A stretch of DNA of 64,000 bases, taken from assembly GCA_016432365.1 (NCBI GenBank), contig CP066686.1, positions 874,918 to 938,917 of the forward strand, given 5' to 3'. The notes beneath the pieces were generated by a model, which searched no databases, was not told the DNA's origin, and saw only the letters and a program-made list of their open reading frames with translations. Below are positions 9,434 through 19,301 of the stretch, piece after piece (positions within the stretch are counted from its first letter, which is position 1; every line of letters starts with the position of its first letter). Source of the stretch: Candidatus Woesebacteria bacterium. Its GTDB lineage: Bacteria > Patescibacteriota > Microgenomatia > UBA8517. Both the position numbers and the translations under genes were made by a program.

Positions 9434-10450
9434 TTATAATTCTGAACCAACCAGTTGGGCAAGCTGTGCCTCCATTACATCGTCCATCCTGAACGCCCCC
9501 GGAGTAAAAGGATGTGGCAACCATTTTTCAACGTCTGTAGAACATGCGGACGAAACGAAAACTGTTCCATTTGTTATCCGTGACGCGTCTACTATTTCTA
9601 CCGGAAGTGGAGTTTTACTCCCCGTGTATCGCCTTAAAATCTCGTCGAGTTCCAATATAGCTTGACGGTCACGATAAAATGGCTTTGGCATATTGCCATA
9701 CGAAGCGAGAACTAATTTTGACAGTTTTAGGTGTTTTTCCGAAACAGTCCCAAGCGGATAACTATTCCTCCAATTTATAACTGCACTAAGTACGGGTGTA
9801 ATGGAGTCATAACCAACGTTGGTGTAGTGGGAACCCATCCAGGTCGCCCCGTCCTCGGAAACTAAAGCCGCGCCATAAACACCACGCTTAAGGTCTTCAG
9901 GCAAATATATGTTTACAGCAGAATCTACCGCGCCGAGCGCAATCTCTACCGCTAGTTTATCGATATTAAGCGTATCAATCTTGTCAAAATCGTCGTGTAA
10001 GAAATCTGAAAGACGTGTAAAAACAATCCCTTCAGAATTTCCAGTTAAAAGAGCCATACTTGGATCACAATACCTAAGCATTACATCACGGCAATTGCCG
10101 CAAGGGCGAGCATAACTCTCAGAAATCGGACCGGGTTTGTCTTTTTTTAAGTACCAAGCAACTGCCTCGATGGGACTAGCGGTAATATCACGTAGTCCTG
10201 ATATTGCAGCTGTCTCTCCGTGGATGAAAGCGTCACTTAACCCATATTCTTTATTTCCCCCTGCATGCATTTCACCATTAATTGATAGCGCAGCCGCACG
10301 TACATGATAACCCGATTGATATGGATAGGCCTTGCCCTCAAGTGCAAATGAGACAAGTCTTGTATATTTTTCAATCTGTTCAGAGGTCAGTTCGATTTCT
10401 ATGCTTTGATTCGAAACATAATCGGGTTGATGAAGCTGACGTCGTTCCAC
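9434..10450 (-). CDS. cdd: two-domain cytidine deaminase-like protein
   Basis: HGETAAI and PCGNCRD zinc motifs; second degenerate deaminase domain (YGAALV...). Confidence 0.7.
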   Translation of the reverse strand: MERRQLHQPDYVSNQSIEIELTSEQIEKYTRLVSFALEGKAYPYQSGYHVRAAALSINGEMHAGGNKEYGLSDAFIHGETAAISGLRDITASPIEAVAWYLKKDKPGPISESYARPCGNCRDVMLRYCDPSMALLTGNSEGIVFTRLSDFLHDDFDKIDTLNIDKLAVEIALGAVDSAVNIYLPEDLKRGVYGAALVSEDGATWMGSHYTNVGYDSITPVLSAVINWRNSYPLGTVSEKHLKLSKLVLASYGNMPKPFYRDRQAILELDEILRRYTGSKTPLPVEIVDASRITNGTVFVSSACSTDVEKWLPHPFTPGAFRMDDVMEAQLAQLVGSEL

Positions 10451-10514
10451 AAATGACTTTTACAGCAGGTTGTATGTCTTGTCAATAATAAATACCTGAT
10501 ATAAAATAAGGAAC

Positions 10515-12194
10515 ATGAAGTTCGTCTTCGTGTCAGGTGGAGTTGTCTCGGGTTTAGGTAAAGGCATAACCTGCTCCTCAATCGGCGCCATTTTAGAATC
10601 CTTCGGAATCAAAGTCACCATCGTCAAAATTGATATGTACCTCAATGTTGATGCCGGTACAATAAGGCCCCAAGAGCATGGTGAAGTTTTTGTAACTGAA
10701 GATGGCCTGGAAACAGACCAGGATCTTGGGAATTACGAACGCTTTTTGAATCACTCACTTCATAGGGAAAATTACATGACCGCAGGACAAGTTTATAAAT
10801 CAGTTATCGATCGTGAACGGGCATTTGGTTATGAGGGCGAAGATGTAGAAGCCATCCCCCATGTAACCGATGAGATAACTAGTCGAATAATGGCGGCAGG
10901 GAAAATAAATAAAGCCGACGTGGTTATAATTGAACTTGGCGGAACAGTTGGCGAATATCAAAATGCAATTTTTTTTGAAGCAAGCAGAATTTTAAAGCTC
11001 AAAAAGCCGAAGGATGTTCTTCAGATACATGTAACATATCTCCCCTTCCTTAAAAATATAGGAGAACTTAAAAGCAAACCGGCTCAACAATCCGTAAAAA
11101 TTTTAAACGGCATGGGAATTCAGCCTGACTTTGTAATTACCAGAAGCGAACTTCCGATCGATCAAAAAAGAAAAGAGAAAATATCAGTATTTTGCAATGT
11201 CCGTGAAGATGAGATTATCGGTAACCCCGATTTAACAAGCATCTACGAAGTTCCGCTATATCTGGAGGAACAAAAGTTTGGTGAAAAGATAATTAAAAAA
11301 CTTGGGCTGAAGAAGAAAGCACGCAACTCCGGACTATCCAGTTGGAAAAAACTTAAAAATCAAAGGCTTAGTGCTAAAAAAGTTTTAAAAATCGCAATGG
11401 TCGGCAAATATTTTATGACCGGAAATTACAAACTGATCGACTCTTATGTTTCAGTTGTTGAGGCAATAAAACAAGCGAGCTGGGCACAAGGAGTTGATCC
11501 CGAATTTACATGGATTGACAGTACTGAATTTGAAAAAGGAAAGATGAGTCTAAAGGGGTTCGACGGAATAGTTGTTCCACAGGGCTGGGGCAGCCGAGGT
11601 ATTGAAGGAAAGCTTATGGCAGTTAGATACGCAAGAGAAAACAAGATCCCCTATCTCGGGCTTTGTTTTGGGATGCAAATGGCCACCATTGAATTCGCGA
11701 GAAATGTTTTAAAACTTAAGGGGGCAAATACAACTGAAGCAGACCCAAGAACGGGTTGTCCGATTATTCATGTAATGAATGATCAAAAAGAATATCTATT
11801 AAAAAAACAATATGGGGGAACCATTCGACTCGGCTCATGGCCTTGCAAAATAAAAGAAGGGTCATTGCTCGATAAAATCTATATGAAATACGGAACCGAT
11901 CCGTCAGCTCCCTGGTATTCTGATCGCGGTTTTAATTCGGTTCCTTCGGATACCAAAGATATAATTTACGAACGCCACAGACATCGATATGAATTTAATA
12001 ATGACTACCGTGAACAATTTGAAAAAGCAGGGTTCGTAATTTCCGGTACTTCCCCGGATGGTAAATTAGTTGAGGCGATGGAACTGGCTAATCACCCATT
12101 TTTTTTGGGAACGCAATTTCACCCTGAATATATTGCGCGTCCACACTCCCCTCACCCAATTTTCCTGGCGTTTGTAAATGCTTGTAAAAAATAG
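10515..12194 (+). CDS. pyrG: CTP synthase
   Basis: SGGVVSGLGKG, ETDQDLGNYERF, GLCFGMQ, ERHRHRYE, QFHPE. Confidence 0.98.
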   Translation: MKFVFVSGGVVSGLGKGITCSSIGAILESFGIKVTIVKIDMYLNVDAGTIRPQEHGEVFVTEDGLETDQDLGNYERFLNHSLHRENYMTAGQVYKSVIDRERAFGYEGEDVEAIPHVTDEITSRIMAAGKINKADVVIIELGGTVGEYQNAIFFEASRILKLKKPKDVLQIHVTYLPFLKNIGELKSKPAQQSVKILNGMGIQPDFVITRSELPIDQKRKEKISVFCNVREDEIIGNPDLTSIYEVPLYLEEQKFGEKIIKKLGLKKKARNSGLSSWKKLKNQRLSAKKVLKIAMVGKYFMTGNYKLIDSYVSVVEAIKQASWAQGVDPEFTWIDSTEFEKGKMSLKGFDGIVVPQGWGSRGIEGKLMAVRYARENKIPYLGLCFGMQMATIEFARNVLKLKGANTTEADPRTGCPIIHVMNDQKEYLLKKQYGGTIRLGSWPCKIKEGSLLDKIYMKYGTDPSAPWYSDRGFNSVPSDTKDIIYERHRHRYEFNNDYREQFEKAGFVISGTSPDGKLVEAMELANHPFFLGTQFHPEYIARPHSPHPIFLAFVNACKK

Positions 12195-12219
12195 TTAATA
12201 GTTTATCGTATTTTGAAGC

Positions 12220-12639
12220 CTACTCTGTCTTTTTCTGGGGTTTCTTAAAAACCAACAAAATTCCCAAAGTGAAGACTGTAATCATATCCAGTTGGCACAA
12301 TATGCAAACAGGACAGACTACACGAAGTTCAAAAAGCTCACGAAAGGCAATATATAGACAAAATGCCAAACCAAATGTCGCCATACCTAGAACCAACTTC
12401 GCATTTTTCTTGAATGCAGCAAAAAGTATGATGACATAACCAACTAGCCCAATTAAGGGCGTGGGGATTCCGAGAGTGTTTGAAACTTCTCCGGAAATCA
12501 CTGCATCGCAATTAACAGTAGCATTTATATTGCATGGTTGGAAACTTGGTTGAAAATACCTCTCCCAAAGAAGAAAAAGGGCCAAAAAAATTCCAACAAA
12601 GGCTAATATCTTTATCCAGTCAAAATATTTATTATTCAT
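12220..12639 (-). CDS. vitamin K epoxide reductase (VKOR) family protein
   Basis: 4 TMs, loop C..C pair (CNINATVNC) and CPVC active site. Confidence 0.85.
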   Translation of the reverse strand: MNNKYFDWIKILAFVGIFLALFLLWERYFQPSFQPCNINATVNCDAVISGEVSNTLGIPTPLIGLVGYVIILFAAFKKNAKLVLGMATFGLAFCLYIAFRELFELRVVCPVCILCQLDMITVFTLGILLVFKKPQKKTE

Positions 12640-12646
12640 CTAAAAA

Positions 12647-13081
12647 TTATTTTACCACAAAAGTCCCTGTCATCCCTAAACTTTTATGACTTCCTACTGA
12701 ACAATAGAATTCAAAACTCCCTGCTTTGTCGGCCACGAACTGAAGCTGAGCCTCGGATCCACTGCCTATTATCTTTGTTGATAGATTGTATCCATCTATA
12801 CCCAGATTGTGCCTGCCGTCATTATCTTTAAAAGTAATTTTTACTATATCGCCTTTATTTACAACGATTGTTTCAGGATCAAACTTGTAGCTGCTTCCAT
12901 TAACTGTAAATTCTTTAACAGGACCACCCGAAATACTTTTTACATTAGCCAAATCGTTTGAAGACTGTGTTTTTGTTTTACTGAAAAGAAAACCGGCCAT
13001 ACCCAAAACAACCAGTACAACTACAACAACTAACAATTTTGTTGATTTTTTATTTTCCGGTGATCCGTTCGATTCTTCCAC
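12647..13081 (-). CDS. membrane-anchored cupredoxin domain protein
   Basis: HN...FYCSVGSH...GM type-1 copper ligands; GTG start after TACAAT. Confidence 0.85.
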   Translation of the reverse strand: MEESNGSPENKKSTKLLVVVVVLVVLGMAGFLFSKTKTQSSNDLANVKSISGGPVKEFTVNGSSYKFDPETIVVNKGDIVKITFKDNDGRHNLGIDGYNLSTKIIGSGSEAQLQFVADKAGSFEFYCSVGSHKSLGMTGTFVVK

Positions 13082-13244
13082 TCTGGGTAAATTGTAGCAC
13101 GAATCACCGGCAAGTGGTTTCAAAATTTGTTGTTTGCCCTCGCATAAATGCTTGGGGAAATCTTCATCCATCGCGCTGGCGCGCGAGGTTTTAAGATTTG
13201 TTGTTATAAAGATGCAATTGCACGGGTGTATAATGAAGGCGAGA

Positions 13245-13589
13245 ATGTTAAGTCACGAACATTATTTGAGCGAAGGCCTCGTTTGCCACTATCTTATAGA
13301 AAATGCGGACAGAATCGCAAGAGTACGAGATCCAAAAAAAAGAAGTGTCCAGTGTGAAGAATACGCAAGAATAATTTTAGTACCCCTTGCGGCACACGGT
13401 ATTCCCGTTTCTTTGTTGGAACGAATTAAAATAGATTTTGTAAGACCTCAAAGAAATTCAGAGCTTGATAACATTAACAGAGAGTCTGGAATTCTTAAAA
13501 CAGTCAGGGAAACTATTGAGCAAGAATTTGGTCAGGAGTTATCAAGAAGGGTGTCTTTAGTGTTAAGTCCTGAAAAACATCAGTCATGA
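13245..13589 (+). CDS. hypothetical protein (start uncertain)
   Basis: ORF 13134..13589; TATAAT upstream; convergent overlap with prs. Confidence 0.45.
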   Translation: MLSHEHYLSEGLVCHYLIENADRIARVRDPKKRSVQCEEYARIILVPLAAHGIPVSLLERIKIDFVRPQRNSELDNINRESGILKTVRETIEQEFGQELSRRVSLVLSPEKHQS

Positions 13590-14468
13590 ACGCAAAGAGA
13601 AAATAGCTTTTTTCAAAGCAGGAGCTACGTTCACGATTTCAAATTTTTTAGAAAGACCTTCGACAGGTTTAATAGAATCTGTAGTTATTATCTTTTTGAT
13701 TAGATTGCTGCGATCCAGCTTTTTCCAACCACCTCCGCCATAGTCCATGTGAACCGAGGCTACATAGATGTCATTTGCACCGTTTTTCCTAAGAGATTTT
13801 GCTGCTGAAAGAATCGTTCCTCCGGATTGAACCATGTCGTCTACAACTACGACGTTTAAGTCTTTAACATTGCCCGTAATTTGTAACACCTCAACGTTTG
13901 TATGAGACAAGCGATTTTTTTTAATAGTCACAATATTTTTTTTACCCAAATAACCGGCAAATTCTTTTGCCCTGGCCACTCCCCCTTCGTCTGGGGAAAC
14001 GATCTCAAAATTTTTTAAACTTTTAAAATTTTCGGCCAACCCGTTAATAAAACTGACATGCATGACGGGGGTCTTGAAAAACTTTTCGAGTCTGATGCTG
14101 TGAAGATTCATTACAAGAATATCTTTAAGTTTTTTCCCACCCAATGCCTCTATTGTATTTATCAACGCCCTGGAACTTATTGATTGCCCCGATATTTTCT
14201 CCACATCACTTTTGGCATAACCGAGATAAGGAACAGCTATTGAAACCTTTCTGGCCCCGTTATGCACAACGGTGTCCAAAGTGAGTAAAAGTTCAATTAA
14301 ATTCTCTGCCGGCGGTTGGGTAGAACCAATAATGACCACCTCTTTATTTTTGACATCTTCGCCCAACGTAACAGACACTTCACCATCCGGAAATCTTCCG
14401 CATATAAGTTCTCCGTTATCCAAACCCAAGTGCTTGCTACTGCTTATGGCCAAAATTATTTTTTTCAC
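13584..14468 (-). CDS. prs: ribose-phosphate pyrophosphokinase
   Basis: FPDGE, PYLGYA, VSPDEGG, VVVVDDMVQSGGT. Confidence 0.92.
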   Translation of the reverse strand: MKKIILAISSSKHLGLDNGELICGRFPDGEVSVTLGEDVKNKEVVIIGSTQPPAENLIELLLTLDTVVHNGARKVSIAVPYLGYAKSDVEKISGQSISSRALINTIEALGGKKLKDILVMNLHSIRLEKFFKTPVMHVSFINGLAENFKSLKNFEIVSPDEGGVARAKEFAGYLGKKNIVTIKKNRLSHTNVEVLQITGNVKDLNVVVVDDMVQSGGTILSAAKSLRKNGANDIYVASVHMDYGGGGWKKLDRSNLIKKIITTDSIKPVEGLSKKFEIVNVAPALKKAIFSLRS

Positions 14469-14575
14469 AATAGCATTATATATTAATACTCTTTACGTCT
14501 ACTATATTTGGATATGGTCTTATGCCTTAAAAATCAAGAGTTGATTTTGAGTTCGTCTTTAGCGAAAATTGGAGT

Positions 14576-14899
14576 ATGACAAAATACAAAGAATACTTTA
14601 ACCGAATGGTTGAAGAAAATAAGGAGGCTTTTGACAAATTTACTCAGAAGCATTTTGAATATTCCACAGACGAGGACAAATTTCAGGCGGAATTTAACCA
14701 GGCCGGAGAGGAAATCTTAAAAATAATTCACGAATGGGAAGACAGGCTGTGCAAAACTTCAGAAAAAGCCGGTTTTAGCAGTTATACGGGAAACCTCGCG
14801 GAAAAATTTCAAGAAGAAATTCGGGGCCATTTTCCCTTGATCGATCACGTAGGTATTATCGTAAAGCCTGCATTTTCCCTCAAGAAGATTAAGCTCTAA
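14576..14899 (+). CDS. hypothetical soluble protein
   Basis: 107 aa ORF filling the intergenic gap. Confidence 0.7.
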   Translation: MTKYKEYFNRMVEENKEAFDKFTQKHFEYSTDEDKFQAEFNQAGEEILKIIHEWEDRLCKTSEKAGFSSYTGNLAEKFQEEIRGHFPLIDHVGIIVKPAFSLKKIKL

Positions 14900-16107
14900 A
14901 GAGCTATTAATATTGAGGCAAGTATTACAAGCACCCCTACTCCGCCGGCAATAACTGTTGGCCAATCGGTACCCGTAACAGGAATCGGACGAGGGGTAGC
15001 ACCGGTTCCCGATGAACCGGTTGGGGTAGCTGTAGCGGTTGCAGTAGCAGTTGCAGTAGCAGTAGCTGTGGCTGTAGCGGTTGCAGTAGCAGTTGCAGTA
15101 GCAGTAGCTGTGGCTGTAGCGGTTGCAGTAGCAGTTGCAGTAGCGCTTGCAGGACAACTAACAACCAAGTTGTCGTATGTCACGGTAGCGGTGTTTGAAG
15201 TTGCACCTAAAGCCAGACCCGAAAACGTAAAGTTCACATCGTCAGTGATTGTACCGGTGAAAGTTTTTACTAAAACATAATCTGCCGTAGTTTTATACCA
15301 AAGCGTAAAAACACCGGACTTTCGTTCGACCTTAAAACTAACCGGACCTGAGGTGATATCAACACTAGCACTATCGTTGCCGGTAGTCGCTATATTTCCC
15401 CCAACCTTACTTACACCTCTAAAAACACCAAAATTATATTGATTGGCCGCCATAAAAACAACCATGCCATTTCCTCCTTGGCCGGTTACTGCTATAGACG
15501 GAGAGTCAAAAGTTACTGAAAAGTCCCCACTAAGCTTATTAAGCATTGTTATACCGGAAGTTTCACCAGACTTAATAACCATAGACAACTGACCGGACAC
15601 AATACTAGCATTATTTCCTACATGCCATTTAGTTGTGTCTATAGTGGATGAGGAAAAAGTTTCAGAAAATCCTGCCGAACAAACCAGCGTCCCACCGGTT
15701 CCGGGCGAAGCTGTCGCTGCAGCACACTTAGCCATGTCTGTTGTCCAAGCCCCACCCACAGATGGACAACAATATTCATCCCCTCCACACGACCCGATTT
15801 TACCAACTCTGTTACAAACCTGTTCATCAGGAGACCCGTCTGCCTGAGCAGGGGTACAATTTCTTAAATGTGACGGGTTGCCAGTAACGGGACATTGCTC
15901 GTCAGCGGGACATACAGGTACCGCAGCTTTCTCCTGAATGTTTTGCCTTTGTCGTACTAGAAGAACTCCGGCTACGACGCTAAGAATCAAAAATACAACA
16001 ACCAAAACCGCTACAAGCACACCTTTTTTGCCAAAACTTTTACTTTTTTTAGAAGTTACGATTTCGAACGGAGAGGCAGCTTTCTGATTTGTATTTTGAT
16101 CGGGCAT
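14896..16107 (-). CDS. surface protein: N-terminal TM, Cys-rich module, beta-sandwich domain, (Ala-Thr)20 linker, IPVTG plus C-terminal TM
   Basis: translation features. Confidence 0.8.
   Translation of the reverse strand: MPDQNTNQKAASPFEIVTSKKSKSFGKKGVLVAVLVVVFLILSVVAGVLLVRQRQNIQEKAAVPVCPADEQCPVTGNPSHLRNCTPAQADGSPDEQVCNRVGKIGSCGGDEYCCPSVGGAWTTDMAKCAAATASPGTGGTLVCSAGFSETFSSSTIDTTKWHVGNNASIVSGQLSMVIKSGETSGITMLNKLSGDFSVTFDSPSIAVTGQGGNGMVVFMAANQYNFGVFRGVSKVGGNIATTGNDSASVDITSGPVSFKVERKSGVFTLWYKTTADYVLVKTFTGTITDDVNFTFSGLALGATSNTATVTYDNLVVSCPASATATATATATATATATATATATATATATATATATATATATPTGSSGTGATPRPIPVTGTDWPTVIAGGVGVLVILASILIAL
15029..15144. repeat. perfect 42-bp tandem repeat (about 2.8 copies) encoding Ala-Thr linker
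   Basis: units 15029-15070, 15071-15112, partial 15113-15144. Confidence 0.9.
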
Positions 16108-16160
16108 ATTAAATCATCATACAATGTTTTTTAATGAGTGGTCAACAAGATCCTGTAACA

Positions 16161-17543
16161 TCATTTAACTGAGTCATCATTGGTCTCAAATCCCGCGTCT
16201 TCAATCTGCTTTCTGATTTTGTCTGCCTCTTCAAACTTTTTTTCTTTCCTCAACTGTTCTCTTTTAGAAATTAGGATTTGAATATTGTTTGGAATTTCGG
16301 ATTTAGAATTTTGGATTAGGCCTAAATTTAGGCCTAATACTTCATCAAAACTCATGGCAAGATCATATTTATCCTCCGATGGAATATTGCTTTTCAGCAT
16401 CTCCCAAACTATAGCCAACGACTGAGAAATGTTAATGTCATCCGCAAGAGCAGCCATGAACTTATTTCTAAATTCATCGATCTTATTTTCTTTTTCTTCA
16501 GATAACATAGTTCTATCGGACTGAGACCGGAGGCCAGCAACTTGGTCTCTCAAATTATTGAGTGCATTCTGGGCAGCATCCAAAGATTCAAAAGAAAAAT
16601 TAATTCCCTTTTTATAATGAGAGGTTAAAATTAAATATCTCATTGCAAGTGGATCATACCCTTTCTCCAAAAGGTCCTGAGCAGTAACAAAATTTCCCAG
16701 AGATTTACTCATTTTTTCTCCCCCCTTACCCATAAGCCAACCGTTATGGAGCCAATAGTTGGCGGTTCTTTTGCCGAACGCCGCGAAACCCTGCGCTATT
16801 TCGTTCGTATGATGAACCGCAATATGTTCAACCCCCCCAGTATGAATATCAAAATTATTACCTAAATATTTTGTAGACATTGCGGTGCACTCAATATGCC
16901 AACCCGGGTAACCTTCACCCCAAGGGCTAGACCACTTCATAATATGATTTGGGTTTATCGCCCAAAGGAAAAAGTCCCAAGGAAGTTTTTTGTCGGGATC
17001 GATTTCTACATCACTTCTGGTTTTGGTTTCTTCTAAATTCAGATTGCCAAACTTGGCATAATCCGGAAATTTCGAAGTGTCATAGATTAAACCTTTTTTT
17101 GTAGTGTAAGTAAAACCGTTTTTTTCAATTAACTGATTTAATTTAATTTGTTCAGGAATGTTTTCAGTTGCCCGGCATAAAACATCGGGTGGATTTATTC
17201 CCAAAAGTTTCATACTGTCTTTAAATTGATTTATATATTTATCGGCAATTTCCCAAACCGTAAGACCTTCACGTTTGGCACCTTTTTCCATCTTGTCTTC
17301 GCCCAAATCTTCATCAGAAGTCATGTGTCCAACATCTGTTACATTCATCACCCATTTGACATCGTTACCAACAAAACGGAGGAATCGTACCAAAATATCC
17401 CACTGAACATAGGCATACATGTGTCCGATATGTTGATTCCAATACACTGTGGGGCCGCATGAATAAATTCCAACTTTACCTGAAGTATTTTGGACAAACT
17501 TTTCTTTTTTTCTTGTAAGTGAATTGGTTAAATAAATATCCAT
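16161..17543 (-). CDS. cysS: cysteine--tRNA ligase
   Basis: CGPTVY, HIGH, PGWHIEC, KMSKS. Confidence 0.98.
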   Translation of the reverse strand: MDIYLTNSLTRKKEKFVQNTSGKVGIYSCGPTVYWNQHIGHMYAYVQWDILVRFLRFVGNDVKWVMNVTDVGHMTSDEDLGEDKMEKGAKREGLTVWEIADKYINQFKDSMKLLGINPPDVLCRATENIPEQIKLNQLIEKNGFTYTTKKGLIYDTSKFPDYAKFGNLNLEETKTRSDVEIDPDKKLPWDFFLWAINPNHIMKWSSPWGEGYPGWHIECTAMSTKYLGNNFDIHTGGVEHIAVHHTNEIAQGFAAFGKRTANYWLHNGWLMGKGGEKMSKSLGNFVTAQDLLEKGYDPLAMRYLILTSHYKKGINFSFESLDAAQNALNNLRDQVAGLRSQSDRTMLSEEKENKIDEFRNKFMAALADDINISQSLAIVWEMLKSNIPSEDKYDLAMSFDEVLGLNLGLIQNSKSEIPNNIQILISKREQLRKEKKFEEADKIRKQIEDAGFETNDDSVK

Positions 17544-17565
17544 AACTGATTATATATCAGAAATG

Positions 17566-17673
17566 CGAAGCACGAAATCCGAAATCCTAAACAAACATCA
17601 AATACAAATGTTTCAAATTTTAAATTTATAATTTTGACATTGTTTCGAATTTCGATTTTCGATATTCGAATTT
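17566..17673 (+). repeat. ~108-bp heptamer-periodic hairpin element, family A copy 1
   Basis: first 30 nt identical to the reverse complement of 61946-61975. Confidence 0.85.
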
Positions 17674-18226
17674 ATCCTGAGGGTGGAACCGGTTTTTCTA
17701 CTCTAGTCTGTTGTTTTTCTGCTTCCTGCTTTTGCCCCCCGCCCATTTTTCTTCCTTTTTTGGCAGTACCGAATAACGAGCCGCCACCCTGAGACTCAGC
17801 GTACTCTTGTTGTTTCTTTTGAAATGCTACAGCTTCCATTTGGGCTTTGAGTACTTGCTTTTGTTCCATTGAAAGCTCCGAATAATCCTCCAGTGGAATT
17901 ATTTCTCCATCAGTAATTCTGGCTTGAAGATCTTTGAAAATATCCTGTTTATGAATGTCCCCCAACTCCCTCTCCAAAGCTTCAATTAACCTGCTGCTTT
18001 TCATCTTGTCCTGAATTTCCTGCTGGTGATGAATAAGTTTTGCTTGATCCTCTTGGGTTTGGGGTTGTGATTGTGGCTGAAATTCACCCGAACTCCGTTT
18101 TTCTTCCCCCGTCACCTGAGAGCCTGCGGTCTTAAGTACCTCCAATGGCTCCCGAGCCATTTGTTTGGCAATCTGTTGGGCCAGGCTTTTAGCCGATTGT
18201 CCTACTTGTTTGGCAGTACCATTCAT
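17672..18226 (-). CDS. hypothetical Gln/Lys-rich protein
   Basis: ATG just after the recR stop; coiled-coil composition. Confidence 0.7.
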   Translation of the reverse strand: MNGTAKQVGQSAKSLAQQIAKQMAREPLEVLKTAGSQVTGEEKRSSGEFQPQSQPQTQEDQAKLIHHQQEIQDKMKSSRLIEALERELGDIHKQDIFKDLQARITDGEIIPLEDYSELSMEQKQVLKAQMEAVAFQKKQQEYAESQGGGSLFGTAKKGRKMGGGQKQEAEKQQTRVEKPVPPSG

Positions 18227-18236
18227 AATTCTTAAT

Positions 18237-18875
18237 TTATAACTCACGCCTGCCCTCGAGCGCTTGCGTAAGTGTTGTCTCATCAGCATATTCCAAATCT
18301 GCGCCCGTTGGAATACCCATCCCAAGTCTACTAATTTTGACTTTTGCATTTTGAATTTTGACTTTTTTATCTAGATACATGGCAGTAGCATTCCCTTCCA
18401 TAGTTGGATTTGTCGCAATGATTATTTCTTCCACCAGGGCTTTGTCTGGCCAAGCTTTGCTTACTCTTCCACTCTCCTGCTCTTTTACTCTCTTCAATAG
18501 ATCGTCAATATATAATTCATCCGGTCCAATGTTTTCCAATGGATTAATCGCGCCATGAAGAACATGGTAAACCCCTTTAAAATGAGTTCTTTCGAATGCA
18601 AGAATATCCAATGGTTGTTCAACCACCATCACTAACGATTTGTCCCGCATTGGATCTGTACAAATCGGGCAAGGGTCGTCTTCACTAATATTTTTACATA
18701 TTGAACAAAGTTTTGTATTTTTCTTTAAGTTCATAACGGAGTCGGCAAACTCGTCGAGTTGGATTTGGGGAACATGCAAAAGATAGTAAGTAAGGCGCTG
18801 AGCACTCTTTGGCCCGATTCCGGGAAGTTTACTAAAAGATTCAATTAGAGCTGTAATGGGACGTGCAATCTTCAT
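18237..18875 (-). CDS. recR: recombination mediator RecR
   Basis: LPGIGPKSAQRL, C4 zinc finger, YHVLHGAI, ATNPTMEG. Confidence 0.97.
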   Translation of the reverse strand: MKIARPITALIESFSKLPGIGPKSAQRLTYYLLHVPQIQLDEFADSVMNLKKNTKLCSICKNISEDDPCPICTDPMRDKSLVMVVEQPLDILAFERTHFKGVYHVLHGAINPLENIGPDELYIDDLLKRVKEQESGRVSKAWPDKALVEEIIIATNPTMEGNATAMYLDKKVKIQNAKVKISRLGMGIPTGADLEYADETTLTQALEGRREL

Positions 18876-18899
18876 TAGGTCATTCTATCAAATAGAATT

Positions 18900-19016
18900 A
18901 ATAAGCAAATAAACAAATTCATAATAAACAAATAAATTACAAATTATTAAATGTCATATGAATTAATTCATTTGAAGATTTATTTGTAGATTGGGTTATT
19001 GGCAGATTTGCTTATT
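18900..19016. repeat. octamer-periodic hairpin element
   Basis: AATAAGCAAAT (18900-18910) / ATTTGCTTATT (19006-19016) ends; the same 11-mer at 20878-20888. Confidence 0.7.
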
Positions 19017-19296
19017 TAAGCCCCCCAAGAAGCCCGCCCAAACCTCCGCCCATTTCCATCATTTTCTTAGCAGATTCTTTTTGCACTTTCTTCATTGCTT
19101 CGTTTATCAAATCAACTAACTCCTGCAAATCTTCACCATCTTTCTTAATGTATCGAATTTTCTGATCCCCCGTTACGGAAACTGTCCAGCCCTTTTTTTC
19201 CAGAGTTTCAATTATTTTTTCGAGTTCCTTCTGGAGCTCTGCGGCCTTTTTCCGCATTTCGTTTAACTGACCCAATTGTTTAAATTTATCAAACAT
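19012..19296 (-). CDS. ybaB: YbaB/EbfC nucleoid-associated protein
   Basis: size, composition and dnaX-ybaB-recR synteny. Confidence 0.85.
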   Translation of the reverse strand: MFDKFKQLGQLNEMRKKAAELQKELEKIIETLEKKGWTVSVTGDQKIRYIKKDGEDLQELVDLINEAMKKVQKESAKKMMEMGGGLGGLLGGLK

Positions 19297-19301
19297 AATA
19301 G

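Noticed and set aside
14759-15280. Cys/Tyr-, Leu/Gln- and Val/Ala-repeat ORFs; antifreeze-protein idea
   Set aside because: Alternative frames of the Ala-Thr linker; a dipeptide linker does not support ice-binding function.
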